Positions 36,099 through 45,048 of a stretch of DNA of 64,000 nt are shown here, piece after piece. Under the pieces are notes generated by a model that had not been told where the DNA came from, made no database searches, and saw nothing but the letters and a program-made list of their open reading frames with translations. Origin of the DNA: an uncultured Actinomycetota bacterium. Lineage in GTDB: Bacteria > Actinomycetota > Actinomycetes > Actinomycetales > CAWJMD01. The stretch is taken from the NCBI GenBank assembly GCA_963835085.1, contig CAWIED010000001.1, positions 3,262,852-3,326,851 on the forward strand, in the 5' to 3' direction. The position numbers and the translations under genes are program-made. The stretch's first letter is position 1. Each line of letters opens with the position of its first letter.

Positions 36099-37355
36099 AT
36101 GAGCAACCAGGCCGATCCCTCCCGCGGCCGGCGCCCGACGGGTCGGCATGCCACGGAAGACAACCTGGCGAACGCCGAGCCCAGCCAGGCGAGCCTGCAG
36201 GCTGTGGCGGCGGAGGCAGCACGCGACGCGGGGCTGGCCGACGCAGAGCTGCTCGGCGACTTCCTCGCGACGGTGTTGGCGGTCGCCGCCGCCCGGCGCC
36301 GGTTGAACGACAGCGAACTGCGGGCGTGCACGCAGGCCGGTGCGCGGGCGGCTGCGGCCGGAACGGCTGCTCGGGCTGCGGTGGACCTCTATCTGTCGGC
36401 GGCCTGGCGGTTGTGGCGGGACGGCCCGCCAGCCGTGGATCCGAGCGACCCCCGGGAGGCTGCGCTTTGGGTGTTGCGAGCTGCGGACGACGGCGTGGCA
36501 GCCCTCATCGAGGGCTTCCAGCTTGCCCGGGCGGACCTCGTCCGACTCGAAGAGGCCACCCGGCACCAGGTGGTCGATGCCCTGTTGGCCGGCGGCCGAC
36601 AGGCGTTGGAAGCGTCTGCGACGGCCGAAGAGCTCGGCCTGCCGATTGCCGGTCCCCTCGTTGTGGTGCTGGCCTCGAGCTCACCTCGCATCGATGGTCC
36701 GGCCACGGCGCGCCTGCCGGCGGCAGTCGAGACCGCCCTACGGGGCCGGCTCGCCGACGCGTCTCCCCTTGTGGTCTTTCGCGACTCGCGGCTGCTGACG
36801 ATTGCCGCCGCCCCCAACCGGCGCGCGGGTATCGACGTCGCGGACGCGATCGCCGACGTGCTGCGCGACGCCTTGGGCCCGTACGGCTCAGCCGGGACGG
36901 ACTGGCTGGTTGCCGTGTCGAACTTACGAGTGGGGCCGGTGGCGGTGCGCGCCAGCCGCGCCGAGGCCGAAGAGAGCCTGTACCTGGCCCGCCGCGCGGG
37001 CATCGCAGGCCCGGTGGTGACGGCCGATGAGCTGGGCGTCTACCGCGTGCTGCTGCGTGATCGCGATGCGGCCCGGCAGTTCGTCGAGGCGACCCTGTCG
37101 GGGCTGCTGGAGGCACGCGGCGGGCCACACGACCTGCTCGCCACGCTGGAGGCCTTCTACACCTGCGGCGGCAACGCCACCGCAACAGCCTCCCGCCTGC
37201 ACCTGTCGGTGCGCGCGGTCACCTATCGGCTGCACCGGGCAGCCGAGCTGATCGGACGCGATCCGCACGATGCCGAGGCCAGGTTGACGTTGCACGCAGC
37301 CGTCACCGCAGCGCAGTTGCTGGGCTGGCCCGACGACGCCGAGCCGCTCCCCTGA
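36099..37355 (+). CDS. PucR/CdaR-family transcriptional regulator
   Basis: C-terminal PucR HTH TLEAFYTCGGNATATASRLHLSVRAVTYRLHRAAELIG. Confidence 0.8.
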   Translation: MSNQADPSRGRRPTGRHATEDNLANAEPSQASLQAVAAEAARDAGLADAELLGDFLATVLAVAAARRRLNDSELRACTQAGARAAAAGTAARAAVDLYLSAAWRLWRDGPPAVDPSDPREAALWVLRAADDGVAALIEGFQLARADLVRLEEATRHQVVDALLAGGRQALEASATAEELGLPIAGPLVVVLASSSPRIDGPATARLPAAVETALRGRLADASPLVVFRDSRLLTIAAAPNRRAGIDVADAIADVLRDALGPYGSAGTDWLVAVSNLRVGPVAVRASRAEAEESLYLARRAGIAGPVVTADELGVYRVLLRDRDAARQFVEATLSGLLEARGGPHDLLATLEAFYTCGGNATATASRLHLSVRAVTYRLHRAAELIGRDPHDAEARLTLHAAVTAAQLLGWPDDAEPLP

Positions 37356-37366
37356 CCCCAGGACCT

Positions 37367-37441
37367 GCTGGGGATTCACGCGAGAAAATTGCCGACTTCC
37401 GGCAAAGTAATCACCAGTCTTTGACCGACTCTCGACCCAGC
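37367..37441 (+). promoter_or_regulatory. Candidate yybP-ykoY-like (Mn2+) riboswitch leader of terC; tentative
   Basis: GCUGGG (37367-72) pairs with CCCAGC (37436-41). GGGGAUUCAC resembles the conserved GGGGAGUAG. Hairpin UUGCCG-acuuc-CGGCAA lies at 37389-37405. CUUUGACCGA resembles the conserved CUUUGUUGACAUA. The element ends in GACC plus the closing stem. It is shorter than typical family members. Confidence 0.35.
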
Positions 37442-37501
37442 TCCGAGGTCGTGCTCTCGCCACCATGGAGGAAACGCAACCCCCTCCTGAAAGGCAAGCG
37501 C

Positions 37502-38452
37502 ATGCTCGACGTTCCTGTGTGGTTATGGCTCACCTTCGCAGCCATCGTCATCGTCGCATTGACGATCGATCTCCTCGCCCACCGCGGCGACCACGTCATC
37601 GGCTTCAAGGAGGCCGCCGCCTGGAGCGGTGTCTGGGTCGCGCTGGCGCTTGCCTTCGGCGGACTCGTCTGGTTCGTTCTGGGCAGCAATGCGGCCGTCG
37701 AATACACCACGGCCTGGCTACTGGAGAAGAGCCTGTCGGTCGACAACCTCTTCGTCTTCGCTCTGATCTTCGGCTACTTCGCCGTGCCACGGCAGTACCA
37801 GCACCGGGTGCTCTTCTACGGCGTGATCGGAGCGCTGCTCTTCAGGGCGATCTTCATCTCCGCCGGCGTGGCCATCGTCTCCCAGTTCAGCTTCATCCTC
37901 TTCGGCTTCGCCGCGATCCTGCTCTACAGCGCCTACAAGCTGATGAAGGACTCCGACGAGGACGAGTACGACCCCGGCAAGAATGTCGCCGTCCGCGCCC
38001 TGCGCAAACTCGTGCCGATGCGCGACGAGTACGCCGGCACCAGGTTCTTCGTGAAGGATGCCGGCGCCTGGGTGGCCACTCCTCTGCTGGCCGTGGTGGT
38101 GGCCATCGAGGCCGCTGACCTCATCTTCGCGGTGGACAGCGTTCCGGCGGTGCTCGCGGTGAGCGACGACACGTTCATCGTCTACTCCTCCAACGCGTTT
38201 GCCATCCTGGGCCTCCGCGCCCTGTACTTCCTGCTCGCGGGGATGCTCGACCGCTTCCATTACTTGGGCAAGGGCCTCGCGATCATCCTCGGCTTCATCG
38301 GGGTCAAGCTGGTGCTCCAGGCCGCGCACAAGACGTTCAGCACCTCGATTCCCGAGATCCCCTCCCTGGTCAGCCTCGTTGTCGTGGTGGTGGTCTTGGC
38401 CGGGTCGGTGGTCTTGAGCCTGCGCAGACCCGCGGAGCAACTCACCAGCTGA
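37502..38452 (+). CDS. TerC family integral membrane protein
   Basis: EKSLSVDNLFVFALIF and FAVDSVPAVLAVS, the duplicated TerC signature. Start set at ATG 37502. Confidence 0.85.
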   Translation: MLDVPVWLWLTFAAIVIVALTIDLLAHRGDHVIGFKEAAAWSGVWVALALAFGGLVWFVLGSNAAVEYTTAWLLEKSLSVDNLFVFALIFGYFAVPRQYQHRVLFYGVIGALLFRAIFISAGVAIVSQFSFILFGFAAILLYSAYKLMKDSDEDEYDPGKNVAVRALRKLVPMRDEYAGTRFFVKDAGAWVATPLLAVVVAIEAADLIFAVDSVPAVLAVSDDTFIVYSSNAFAILGLRALYFLLAGMLDRFHYLGKGLAIILGFIGVKLVLQAAHKTFSTSIPEIPSLVSLVVVVVVLAGSVVLSLRRPAEQLTS

Positions 38453-38589
38453 CTGATGGCACCAAGGGGTCGGGTGCACGCTCTACGGCGCACACCCGAC
38501 CCCTCACGTGCCTGGCTGGAACCCTGGCCGAACCGACGGACTCACTAGTCGGCGTGCACCTTGGTCGACCTTGAATTGCGACCTAGGCG

Positions 38590-38678
38590 TGTCCCTTTTC
38601 CGACACGAATTCTGTGGCGGCTCCGGATCTCGTGCTCAGCCGACCTCGCAGGCTTCGATTCGTGTCGGAAAAGGGACA
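38590..38678. repeat. Perfect 21-bp inverted repeat with a 47-nt spacer
   Basis: TGTCCCTTTTCCGACACGAAT (38590-38610) is the exact reverse complement of ATTCGTGTCGGAAAAGGGACA (38658-38678). Located between the convergent terC and a hypothetical gene. Confidence 0.85.
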
Positions 38679-38735
38679 GCGACCGGGTCCGCCCCGCGGA
38701 GAGCCGCGCCCGACGCGGGCATCGAGGGCCTGGGC

Positions 38736-39344
38736 TCAGCGTTGCTTGGTGGCGCGGAGGCCGCTGATACCGGCCGTGAGCACCAACAGGACACCGGCCA
38801 CACCGGCCACGAGAGCCGCCGTCAGCACCGGGTCGAGCCGCCAGTTGGTCACCGCGTCTACCAGTCCGAGCACGGCCAATGCCACCAGCACCAATCCCCA
38901 CACCACGGTGGGGGCGCTCACTCCCGTCGGTACCTGCAGAGCAGGCGACCCGGTGTCCTTGCCGACTTGTTCCACTGCGATCGCACCGGAGACCGGGCCA
39001 GGCGCCGGGGGCGGTCCTGCTACGTCGGCCGGGCCCAACTCCAGGCCCCCGGGATCTGGGGCCGACGGAGGCGAATGCTGCCCGCTCGGTCCCGCAGAGG
39101 ACTCGATCGAGCGATCGGCGGCAGCCTCGCCAGGCGAGTCGATCGGAGGTCCGTCGATGCCGGGTTCTCGCGCCGACAGGTCGAGCCCGCGACGCACCAC
39201 CGCGGTGTCGTCGTAGTTCGTCTCGCCGAAGTCGCCGTGGCCGGCGGGAGCGTCGAGGTCACCCGGCCGGGCGCGCTGATCCGCGGCGGACTTGTCGTCG
39301 TCGGTGAATCGAGGTCCGAATTCGCTGCGGTCGCTGTCGTTCAT
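38736..39344 (-). CDS. Hypothetical Pro/Asp-rich protein with two C-terminal TM segments
   Basis: 202-aa ORF starting 5 nt after the PspC-domain gene stop, so probably co-transcribed. C-terminal VVWGLVLVALAVLGLV and LTAALVAGVAGVLLVLTAGI. Confidence 0.55.
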   Translation of the reverse strand: MNDSDRSEFGPRFTDDDKSAADQRARPGDLDAPAGHGDFGETNYDDTAVVRRGLDLSAREPGIDGPPIDSPGEAAADRSIESSAGPSGQHSPPSAPDPGGLELGPADVAGPPPAPGPVSGAIAVEQVGKDTGSPALQVPTGVSAPTVVWGLVLVALAVLGLVDAVTNWRLDPVLTAALVAGVAGVLLVLTAGISGLRATKQR

Positions 39345-39349
39345 CTGCC

Positions 39350-40885
39350 TTACCTGCTCTCGATCGAAATGTCGCCGGCCAGGGCGGTGCCGACCAGCCG
39401 CACCGCGGGATCGCCGCTCGGCCCGAGCACGGTCACGACGTGATCGCTGGTCGACACACTCGCGCCGGCGACCGCCTGGGGGTTCTGTCCGTCGACTTGC
39501 ACGTCGCCGGCGCGCTCGTTCAGGTCGATGGCAATCGTCTGCCCCTTGGGCACTAGAACGGTCATATCGCCGGCGGCTGCCTCCACCGAAATGGTGTGTA
39601 CCGGCTGGCCCACGGGCAGGGCGGAGATGCCGGTCAGATCGAGGCGCCCGTCGCCTGCGGTGGCGATGTAGGACTCGTCATGCACCACAGGGCCGCTCAG
39701 CGTCCACTGCCGATCGTCCATCCCGGACGTGTGCCGATAACCGGAGTCGGTGGCCGCGATGTAGGGCCTGAAGCGATCGAGCCGACCCTGCCCCACCTGC
39801 GAGGCCACCAGGCCCACCATCACCAACGGCACGCACAGCACGGCGAGGCCGATCAGCCCACCCGCCCGGCGGCCGAGCAGACCGACGATCATGGTGGCCA
39901 GCCCGATCACGGCCACCACGCTCATCGCGGCCCACAGCAGCAGGCCGCCCGACGGCCGCCAGCCGAAGAAGAAGCCGAGTCCGCCCACGCCGGCCATCGC
40001 GATGAGTGCCAGGCCGGCAACTGCAGCCACGATCCGCGGCCCCGCGGGACGGCGGCGCGGACGTCGCGGTGCAACCGGTGGCGGCACTGAGTTTCGCGGC
40101 GGCACTGAGTTTTGTTGCTGCGCAGAGTTGTTTTGTTGCTGCGCAGAGTTTTGCGGTGGGACGTACGGCGGCGGCGCGTTGTATTGCCACCCCGCTTGCG
40201 GTGCCGCACCTGTGTGCTGGTCTGCGCCTGCGGCATGTGTTTTGGTCAGATCGACTGGGTTATCAGCGGAATGCCCGCCGGTCGCAGGAGTTCCGGTGGA
40301 ACGCGAGCCGGTCCAGGCAGGGCCGGCACCCGGCCCGGCATGCCGCGACCGGTACACCACGAAGCTGACGATCGCCGCCGCCACCAGGAACCAGAAAAAC
40401 GGCCAGCGGGGGCCGTGGTCCGCGCCGAGATTGAAGCTGCCCAGGCCCCCGAACCCGACAACGATCAGCACTGCGGAACCGACGAACCCCCCGCTGAGCC
40501 GTCCCCTCCTCAGGAACTCCTCGGCATGAATCCGGCCATCGGCCTCAGGCAGCAGCAGCCACGCCAGACCGTAGACCAGCACACCGAGCGCTCCCATCAG
40601 CGCGAACACCACGAACGCGAGCCGCACGATCAGCGGATCGAGCCCCCAGCGATCACCGATGGCCCGGCAGACACCGGGCCCGCTACGGGGAATCGGTCGC
40701 ACCAATCCCCAACTGCGAACCCGGTCAAAGAATCCAGACAGGAGCGGCGGCTGGCTGCCAGGCTGCTGCGCTCCGGACGTGGGTGGCTCCGGGGGTAGCG
40801 GCGGAGGTTGGTAGGGCGGTTGATTCGGAGGTGGGTAGGTGGCGTTCACCTGACCAACTCTGGTCGCGATGGTGGCCGCCCGCAT
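39350..40885 (-). CDS. PspC domain-containing membrane protein
   Basis: PspC domain GVCRAIGDRWGLDPLIVRLAFVVFALMGALGVLVYGLAWLLLP. Pro/Gln-rich N-terminus. The start is uncertain (40885 up to 40963). Confidence 0.8.
   Translation of the reverse strand: MRAATIATRVGQVNATYPPPNQPPYQPPPLPPEPPTSGAQQPGSQPPLLSGFFDRVRSWGLVRPIPRSGPGVCRAIGDRWGLDPLIVRLAFVVFALMGALGVLVYGLAWLLLPEADGRIHAEEFLRRGRLSGGFVGSAVLIVVGFGGLGSFNLGADHGPRWPFFWFLVAAAIVSFVVYRSRHAGPGAGPAWTGSRSTGTPATGGHSADNPVDLTKTHAAGADQHTGAAPQAGWQYNAPPPYVPPQNSAQQQNNSAQQQNSVPPRNSVPPPVAPRRPRRRPAGPRIVAAVAGLALIAMAGVGGLGFFFGWRPSGGLLLWAAMSVVAVIGLATMIVGLLGRRAGGLIGLAVLCVPLVMVGLVASQVGQGRLDRFRPYIAATDSGYRHTSGMDDRQWTLSGPVVHDESYIATAGDGRLDLTGISALPVGQPVHTISVEAAAGDMTVLVPKGQTIAIDLNERAGDVQVDGQNPQAVAGASVSTSDHVVTVLGPSGDPAVRLVGTALAGDISIESR
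40080..40157 (-). repeat. In-frame short tandem duplications (18 bp x2, then 21 bp x2) inside the PspC-domain gene
   Basis: GGCGGCACTGAGTTTCGC/GGCGGCACTGAGTTTTGT, then TGCTGCGCAGAGTTGTTTTGT/TGCTGCGCAGAGTTTTGCGGT. These encode NSAQQQN and NSVPP repeats. Confidence 0.85.
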
Positions 40886-40990
40886 CCGGGTAAACCCCCA
40901 CCCACCCCTGGACGCCGCGCCGGTGTCGTAGGGGCAGTCCGCGGGGCGCACCCGGGCGCACAATCACGTCCAGCGGGAGAAGATGGACGG

Positions 40991-42541
40991 GTGCCCGCAC
41001 GTCACCCTGACCCAGCCAGCTTTGCGCCATGGCTGACTGCGCCTGCCGGCGCCCAGCCGGGGCCAGCCGCGGAGTCGGGGCCAGCCGCAGAACCAGGGCC
41101 GGGCGCAGCGCCGTCTCGGGGCGCATCCTCGCAGGCGGCAGGGTCGAGCTCGCCCCAGTCAGGACAGGCACAGTCCGGGCCACAGCAGTCCGGGCCACAG
41201 CAGTTCGGGCCACAGCAGTTCGGGCCACAGCAGGCTGGTCCACAGCAGTCCGGGCCACAGCAGTCAGGCCCGGCCAATCGAGTACAGCCTCCCCGCCGTC
41301 TGCAACGGCCCAGCAGCCGTCGCCTGGTGGCCGGCGTGGCCCAGGGCCTGGCCGATCACCTCAACCTTCCCGTGCTGGTGATCAGGATCGCCTTCCTGGC
41401 GCTCACTGCCGTCAACGGCGTCGGGGTCATCGTCTACGTGCTGCTGTGGGCCGTCATCCCGCAAGACGACGCCGACCTACGCGCCGCGTCCAAGCAACTG
41501 CGCACCGGCCCGAGCACGGGCCGGCCGGCAGCCAGCGTGCACGCGCGCCAGGTCCTACGGGATTTCGGTTATCACGACGAGAACGTACGAGCCCTGGTGC
41601 TCGGGGTGGCGCTCATCGCGGGCGCCGTCATCGTCGTGATCAGCCGGTTCTCCGACACGGTGCAACTGTCGGTGGCCGTTCCGGTGAGCGTCGTGCTGGC
41701 CGGCGCTGCCCTGGGCCTCGGCCAGCTCGATCGCGCCGAACGCGAACGCTGGCTGATGTCGGTGTCGTTCGCCGGCCGATGGGGCGCCTTACGGGTGGCC
41801 GCCGGGCTGCTGCTCGTAGTGGCCGGGGTCGTGCTGCTGCTGGCGCCGAGACTGGGGCCGGGAGCGCTGCTTGTTCTGGGCGTGGCATTGCTCGCCGTCC
41901 TTGCGGGAGTGGCGATCGTGCTGGCTCCCTGGGGTCGGCGACTGCTGCAAGACCTCGAGCGCGAGCGCGGCGAGCGGGTGCGCCAGGAGGAGCGCGCGGA
42001 GATCGCCGCTCATCTGCACGACTCCGTGCTGCAGACGCTCGCGCTCATCCAGCGGCGCGCCCACGACGCCGAAACTGTCGCCCGGCTCGCCCGCGCCCAG
42101 GAGCGGCAATTGCGCGAGTACCTCTATGGCGCAGGCGAAGTGGCTACTCACGACGAGTCGCTCGTGGCGGCCGTGCGCCGGATCTGCGGGGAGGTCGAGG
42201 ACGATCACGGCACCCCGATCGAGCTGGTCAGCGTGGGCGACATCGACGTGACGCCCGGCACCCAGTCGCTCCTGCAGGCGCTGCGCGAGGCCTTGCTCAA
42301 CGCCGCCCGGCACGGCAAGGCCGGCGTCTCGGTCTACGTGGAGTGCACGGGCGGGGCCGTGGAGGCCTTCGTCCGTGACCGGGGTGCGGGTTTCGATCTT
42401 GCCGCCGTGCCTGCCGACCGGCTCGGCGTGCGGGAGTCGGTGATCGGCCGGATGCAGCGCGCCGGCGGTTCGGCCACCGTGCGGGCCGCACCCGGTGGCG
42501 GCACCGAGGTGAGCCTGCGGCTGCCTGTCCCGGCAGGTTGA
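40991..42541 (+). CDS. PspC domain-containing sensor histidine kinase (HisKA_3 / HATPase_c)
   Basis: PspC domain VAGVAQGLADHLNLPVLVIRIAFLALTAVNGVGVIVYVLLWAVIPQ. H-box ERAEIAAHLHDSVLQTLALI. ATPase region NAARHGKA...DRGAGF. Start uncertain (GTG 40991 with upstream GGAGAAG; the track ORF starts at 40808). Confidence 0.8.
   Translation: MPARHPDPASFAPWLTAPAGAQPGPAAESGPAAEPGPGAAPSRGASSQAAGSSSPQSGQAQSGPQQSGPQQFGPQQFGPQQAGPQQSGPQQSGPANRVQPPRRLQRPSSRRLVAGVAQGLADHLNLPVLVIRIAFLALTAVNGVGVIVYVLLWAVIPQDDADLRAASKQLRTGPSTGRPAASVHARQVLRDFGYHDENVRALVLGVALIAGAVIVVISRFSDTVQLSVAVPVSVVLAGAALGLGQLDRAERERWLMSVSFAGRWGALRVAAGLLLVVAGVVLLLAPRLGPGALLVLGVALLAVLAGVAIVLAPWGRRLLQDLERERGERVRQEERAEIAAHLHDSVLQTLALIQRRAHDAETVARLARAQERQLREYLYGAGEVATHDESLVAAVRRICGEVEDDHGTPIELVSVGDIDVTPGTQSLLQALREALLNAARHGKAGVSVYVECTGGAVEAFVRDRGAGFDLAAVPADRLGVRESVIGRMQRAGGSATVRAAPGGGTEVSLRLPVPAG
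41157..41275 (+). repeat. In-frame 15-bp tandem repeat, about 7-8 units (QSGPQ)n
   Basis: CAGTCCGGGCCACAG repeated from 41171 with variants CAGTTCGGGCCACAG and CAGGCTGGTCCACAG, inside the kinase N-terminal region. Confidence 0.9.
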
Positions 42542-42608
42542 CGATGCCGATCCACGTCCGCAGAAACCACCCTTCGAACCAACCAGACCCTTCGAGGACG
42601 CCGAACCC

Positions 42609-43283
42609 ATGACCCGCCTCTCGCTCCTTCTCGTCGACGACCACCGGCTCTTCCGCACGGGGGTGCGTGCCGAGCTCGCCGACACCGATCCCGAGCTCGA
42701 CGTGGTGGGTGAGGCGGCCACCGTGGAGGAGGCCATCGCACGCGTCACCGCCACCCGACCCCAGGTGGTGCTGCTCGACGTCCACCTACCCGGAGGCGAC
42801 GGGGGCGGTGGCGCGGAAGTGCTTCGACGGTGTGGCGCCCTGACCACCGAGGCGGGCGATCCAGTGCGTTTCCTGGCGCTGTCGGTCAGTGACGCCGCGG
42901 ACGATGTGATCGCCGTCATCCGCGGCGGGGCAAGGGGTTACGTCACGAAGTCGATCTCCGGACCCGACCTCGCCGCGGCCATCCGGCGGGTGGCCGCCGG
43001 CGATGCGGTGTTCAGCCCACGGCTGGCCGGCTTCGTGCTCGACGCCTTCGGCGCCACCGCGGGCGACGTGGCCCAGATCGACGCCGAACTCGACCGGCTC
43101 TCGGCGCGCGAACGTGAGGTGATGCGGCTGATCGCCCGTGGTTATGCCTACAAGGAAGTTGCCAAGGAGCTCTTCATCTCGGTCAAGACGGTGGAGACCC
43201 ACGTGTCGTCCGTGCTGCGCAAGCTTCAATTGTCATCCCGACACGAACTGACGAAGTGGGCTGCCGACCGACGCCTGCTCTGA
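42609..43283 (+). CDS. LuxR/NarL-family response regulator
   Basis: Receiver domain LLLVDDHRLFRTG...VVLLDVHLPGGDG. C-terminal HTH LSAREREVMRLIARGYAYKEVAKELFISVKTVETHVSSVLRKLQ. Confidence 0.9.
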   Translation: MTRLSLLLVDDHRLFRTGVRAELADTDPELDVVGEAATVEEAIARVTATRPQVVLLDVHLPGGDGGGGAEVLRRCGALTTEAGDPVRFLALSVSDAADDVIAVIRGGARGYVTKSISGPDLAAAIRRVAAGDAVFSPRLAGFVLDAFGATAGDVAQIDAELDRLSAREREVMRLIARGYAYKEVAKELFISVKTVETHVSSVLRKLQLSSRHELTKWAADRRLL

Positions 43284-43308
43284 GCGGAGGGGCCTGCCGG
43301 GCGCGCCC

Positions 43309-44211
43309 TTACGACAGCCGCAACCCCGCCAGCTGATGCCCGGTGGCCACCAGCGCGCCGGTGCTGTCCCACACGTCGCAGGTCTCATCGACAGTGGCGG
43401 TGCGCCTCGACGGCCCGGTGCCGGCTGCGATGCACCGAGCTACCTGGCGCACGAGCAACCGTCCGGGAGCGGGCTGGGCGCGCAGGAGGGCGGAGAGCTG
43501 AATGGTGGGAGTCCACCCGCCCTGGCCGAGGTCGAACGTGGCCGGCGGCAGCGCGTCGACGGCGAGCACCAGTGCCACCGGGTCGAACTGCCTGCCGTCC
43601 ACGAACCGCACCCAGGCACGGATTTCGCCGACGCCCCGCGGCCGGCTCACAATCCAGCCGAGACCGGCGGGGTCGCAGTACTCCTCCAGCTCGTCCATCA
43701 GCCGTACGTCGAACCCGGCGCCGTGCCGCGTCAACAGCATGCAATCGGCGGGGTCGGGCATGTCGGCGGGTCTGGGCAACGAGTGGGGCTGGGTTTCGCC
43801 TACCCCTGGCAGCGCACCACAGGTCACGCTCGCCACGAGATACACCTGCGAAGCGTCGACCGACTGCATGCGCACATCGCAGACACTGGTGGAGCGTCCG
43901 GCGCGTAACACCTGCACCACCAGGTCAACCGGCTCCGCTGGTGCCGACGCGAGATAGCTGCCCGCGATCGCCAGCGGTTCGCTGTGCCGGGTCTGCTCTC
44001 CCAGGCTGGCGACGGCTGCCTTGGCGGCCAGCGCGAGGGCGTAACCGCCGTTCGTCTTGCCCACGATCGAATAGCCGGGTGCCACCTCCGCCCGCCAGCG
44101 CCCTGAGCCGAGGTCGCGCAGCTGCGTGGCGGCGTCCCAGCTGCTCAGGGTGTCTCGGTTGCCCGGTGCTCTGTCGGGCCGTTCCTTGGGTCCGACGTCG
44201 TCAACGGGCAC
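43309..44211 (-). CDS. Acyl-CoA thioesterase-like (double hotdog) protein
   Basis: [16 protein letters not shown] and a second half typical of TesB-like thioesterases. Start uncertain (GTG 44211 chosen; the track ORF reaches 44322 and would overlap the next gene). Confidence 0.6.
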   Translation of the reverse strand: MPVDDVGPKERPDRAPGNRDTLSSWDAATQLRDLGSGRWRAEVAPGYSIVGKTNGGYALALAAKAAVASLGEQTRHSEPLAIAGSYLASAPAEPVDLVVQVLRAGRSTSVCDVRMQSVDASQVYLVASVTCGALPGVGETQPHSLPRPADMPDPADCMLLTRHGAGFDVRLMDELEEYCDPAGLGWIVSRPRGVGEIRAWVRFVDGRQFDPVALVLAVDALPPATFDLGQGGWTPTIQLSALLRAQPAPGRLLVRQVARCIAAGTGPSRRTATVDETCDVWDSTGALVATGHQLAGLRLS

Positions 44212-44308
44212 CCTGTCAGTGTGCCCGACACTGCGGTTTCGCTGTCTGGTCCGGACGCAGGCGAGGCGCCGGTTTTCAGAGCCGAGGCGCCCGCGCGACC
44301 ATGGACGG

Positions 44309-44665
44309 ATGCCACGTTTCACCGTGACCCCCCAAGGAGCTGCAGCGCTGTCGCAATGGAGGGCGGCTCCTCAGACGGTGGACCGCCCGGTGATCGCCGC
44401 TGCCGTGCGGTACACCCTGGCGGTTCTGGCAGAGCGCCGTCCGGGCAACTCGGTGGAGGTGCGGGTGCCGCCGTTCGGCGTGGTGCAGTGCGTGGCCGGA
44501 CCGCGGCACACCCGGGGCACGCCGCCCGCGGTGGTGGAGACCGACCCCGACACCTGGCTACGCATCGCGACCGGAGAGCTTGCCTGGACGATGGCGGCGC
44601 AGGCCGGAACCCTGCATGCCAGCGGTCAGCGCACCGACCTCTCGGACGTGATGCCGCTTGGGTAG
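44309..44665 (+). CDS. Sterol carrier (SCP2-like) family protein
   Basis: 118 aa. C-terminal [37 protein letters not shown] resembles the actinobacterial sterol-carrier family. Confidence 0.65.
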   Translation: MPRFTVTPQGAAALSQWRAAPQTVDRPVIAAAVRYTLAVLAERRPGNSVEVRVPPFGVVQCVAGPRHTRGTPPAVVETDPDTWLRIATGELAWTMAAQAGTLHASGQRTDLSDVMPLG

Positions 44666-44799
44666 GCGCTCGTCCCACGGCTGACCTCACCGCGGGACGT
44701 GGACCGCGCGGAGGGGACATCCCCATCCCGGGAGGGGGACAGCGCCTCCGGGAGGTTGACGCGGCATAGTTGCGTTCCGAGTTCGGCGAGTCGGGCGCG

Positions 44800-44805
44800 T
44801 AGAGT
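44800..44805 (+). promoter_or_regulatory. -10 element TAGAGT placed for a leaderless transcript
   Basis: A TANNNT hexamer ends 6 nt before GTG 44812. No SD lies between them. Confidence 0.4.
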
Positions 44806-44811
44806 CGGAAC

Positions 44812-45048
44812 GTGCAAGAAGCCCCCGAGGAGATCGTCGTCCGCCGCCGCCGTCTTGCGCCGCGGTATCGGATCTTCATCGGCGCAGGGGTGCTGCTCGG
44901 AGTAGCGGTGGCAGGGTTCCTCACGCTCGCATTCAGCAACCCGGACGAGTACAGCGTGTCGTCTGTTCTGGGCTACATGGCCGTGCTGTGCGGGCTCGTC
45001 GGAGGCTTTGCCGGTGGCCTTCTAGCCGTGCTGCTCGACCGGCCCTGA
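44812..45048 (+). CDS. Small membrane protein (2 TM), function unknown
   Basis: 78 aa with RRRRLAPRYRIFIGAGVLLGVAVAGFLTLAF and LGYMAVLCGLVGGFAGGLLAVLL. Confidence 0.5.
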   Translation: MQEAPEEIVVRRRRLAPRYRIFIGAGVLLGVAVAGFLTLAFSNPDEYSVSSVLGYMAVLCGLVGGFAGGLLAVLLDRP

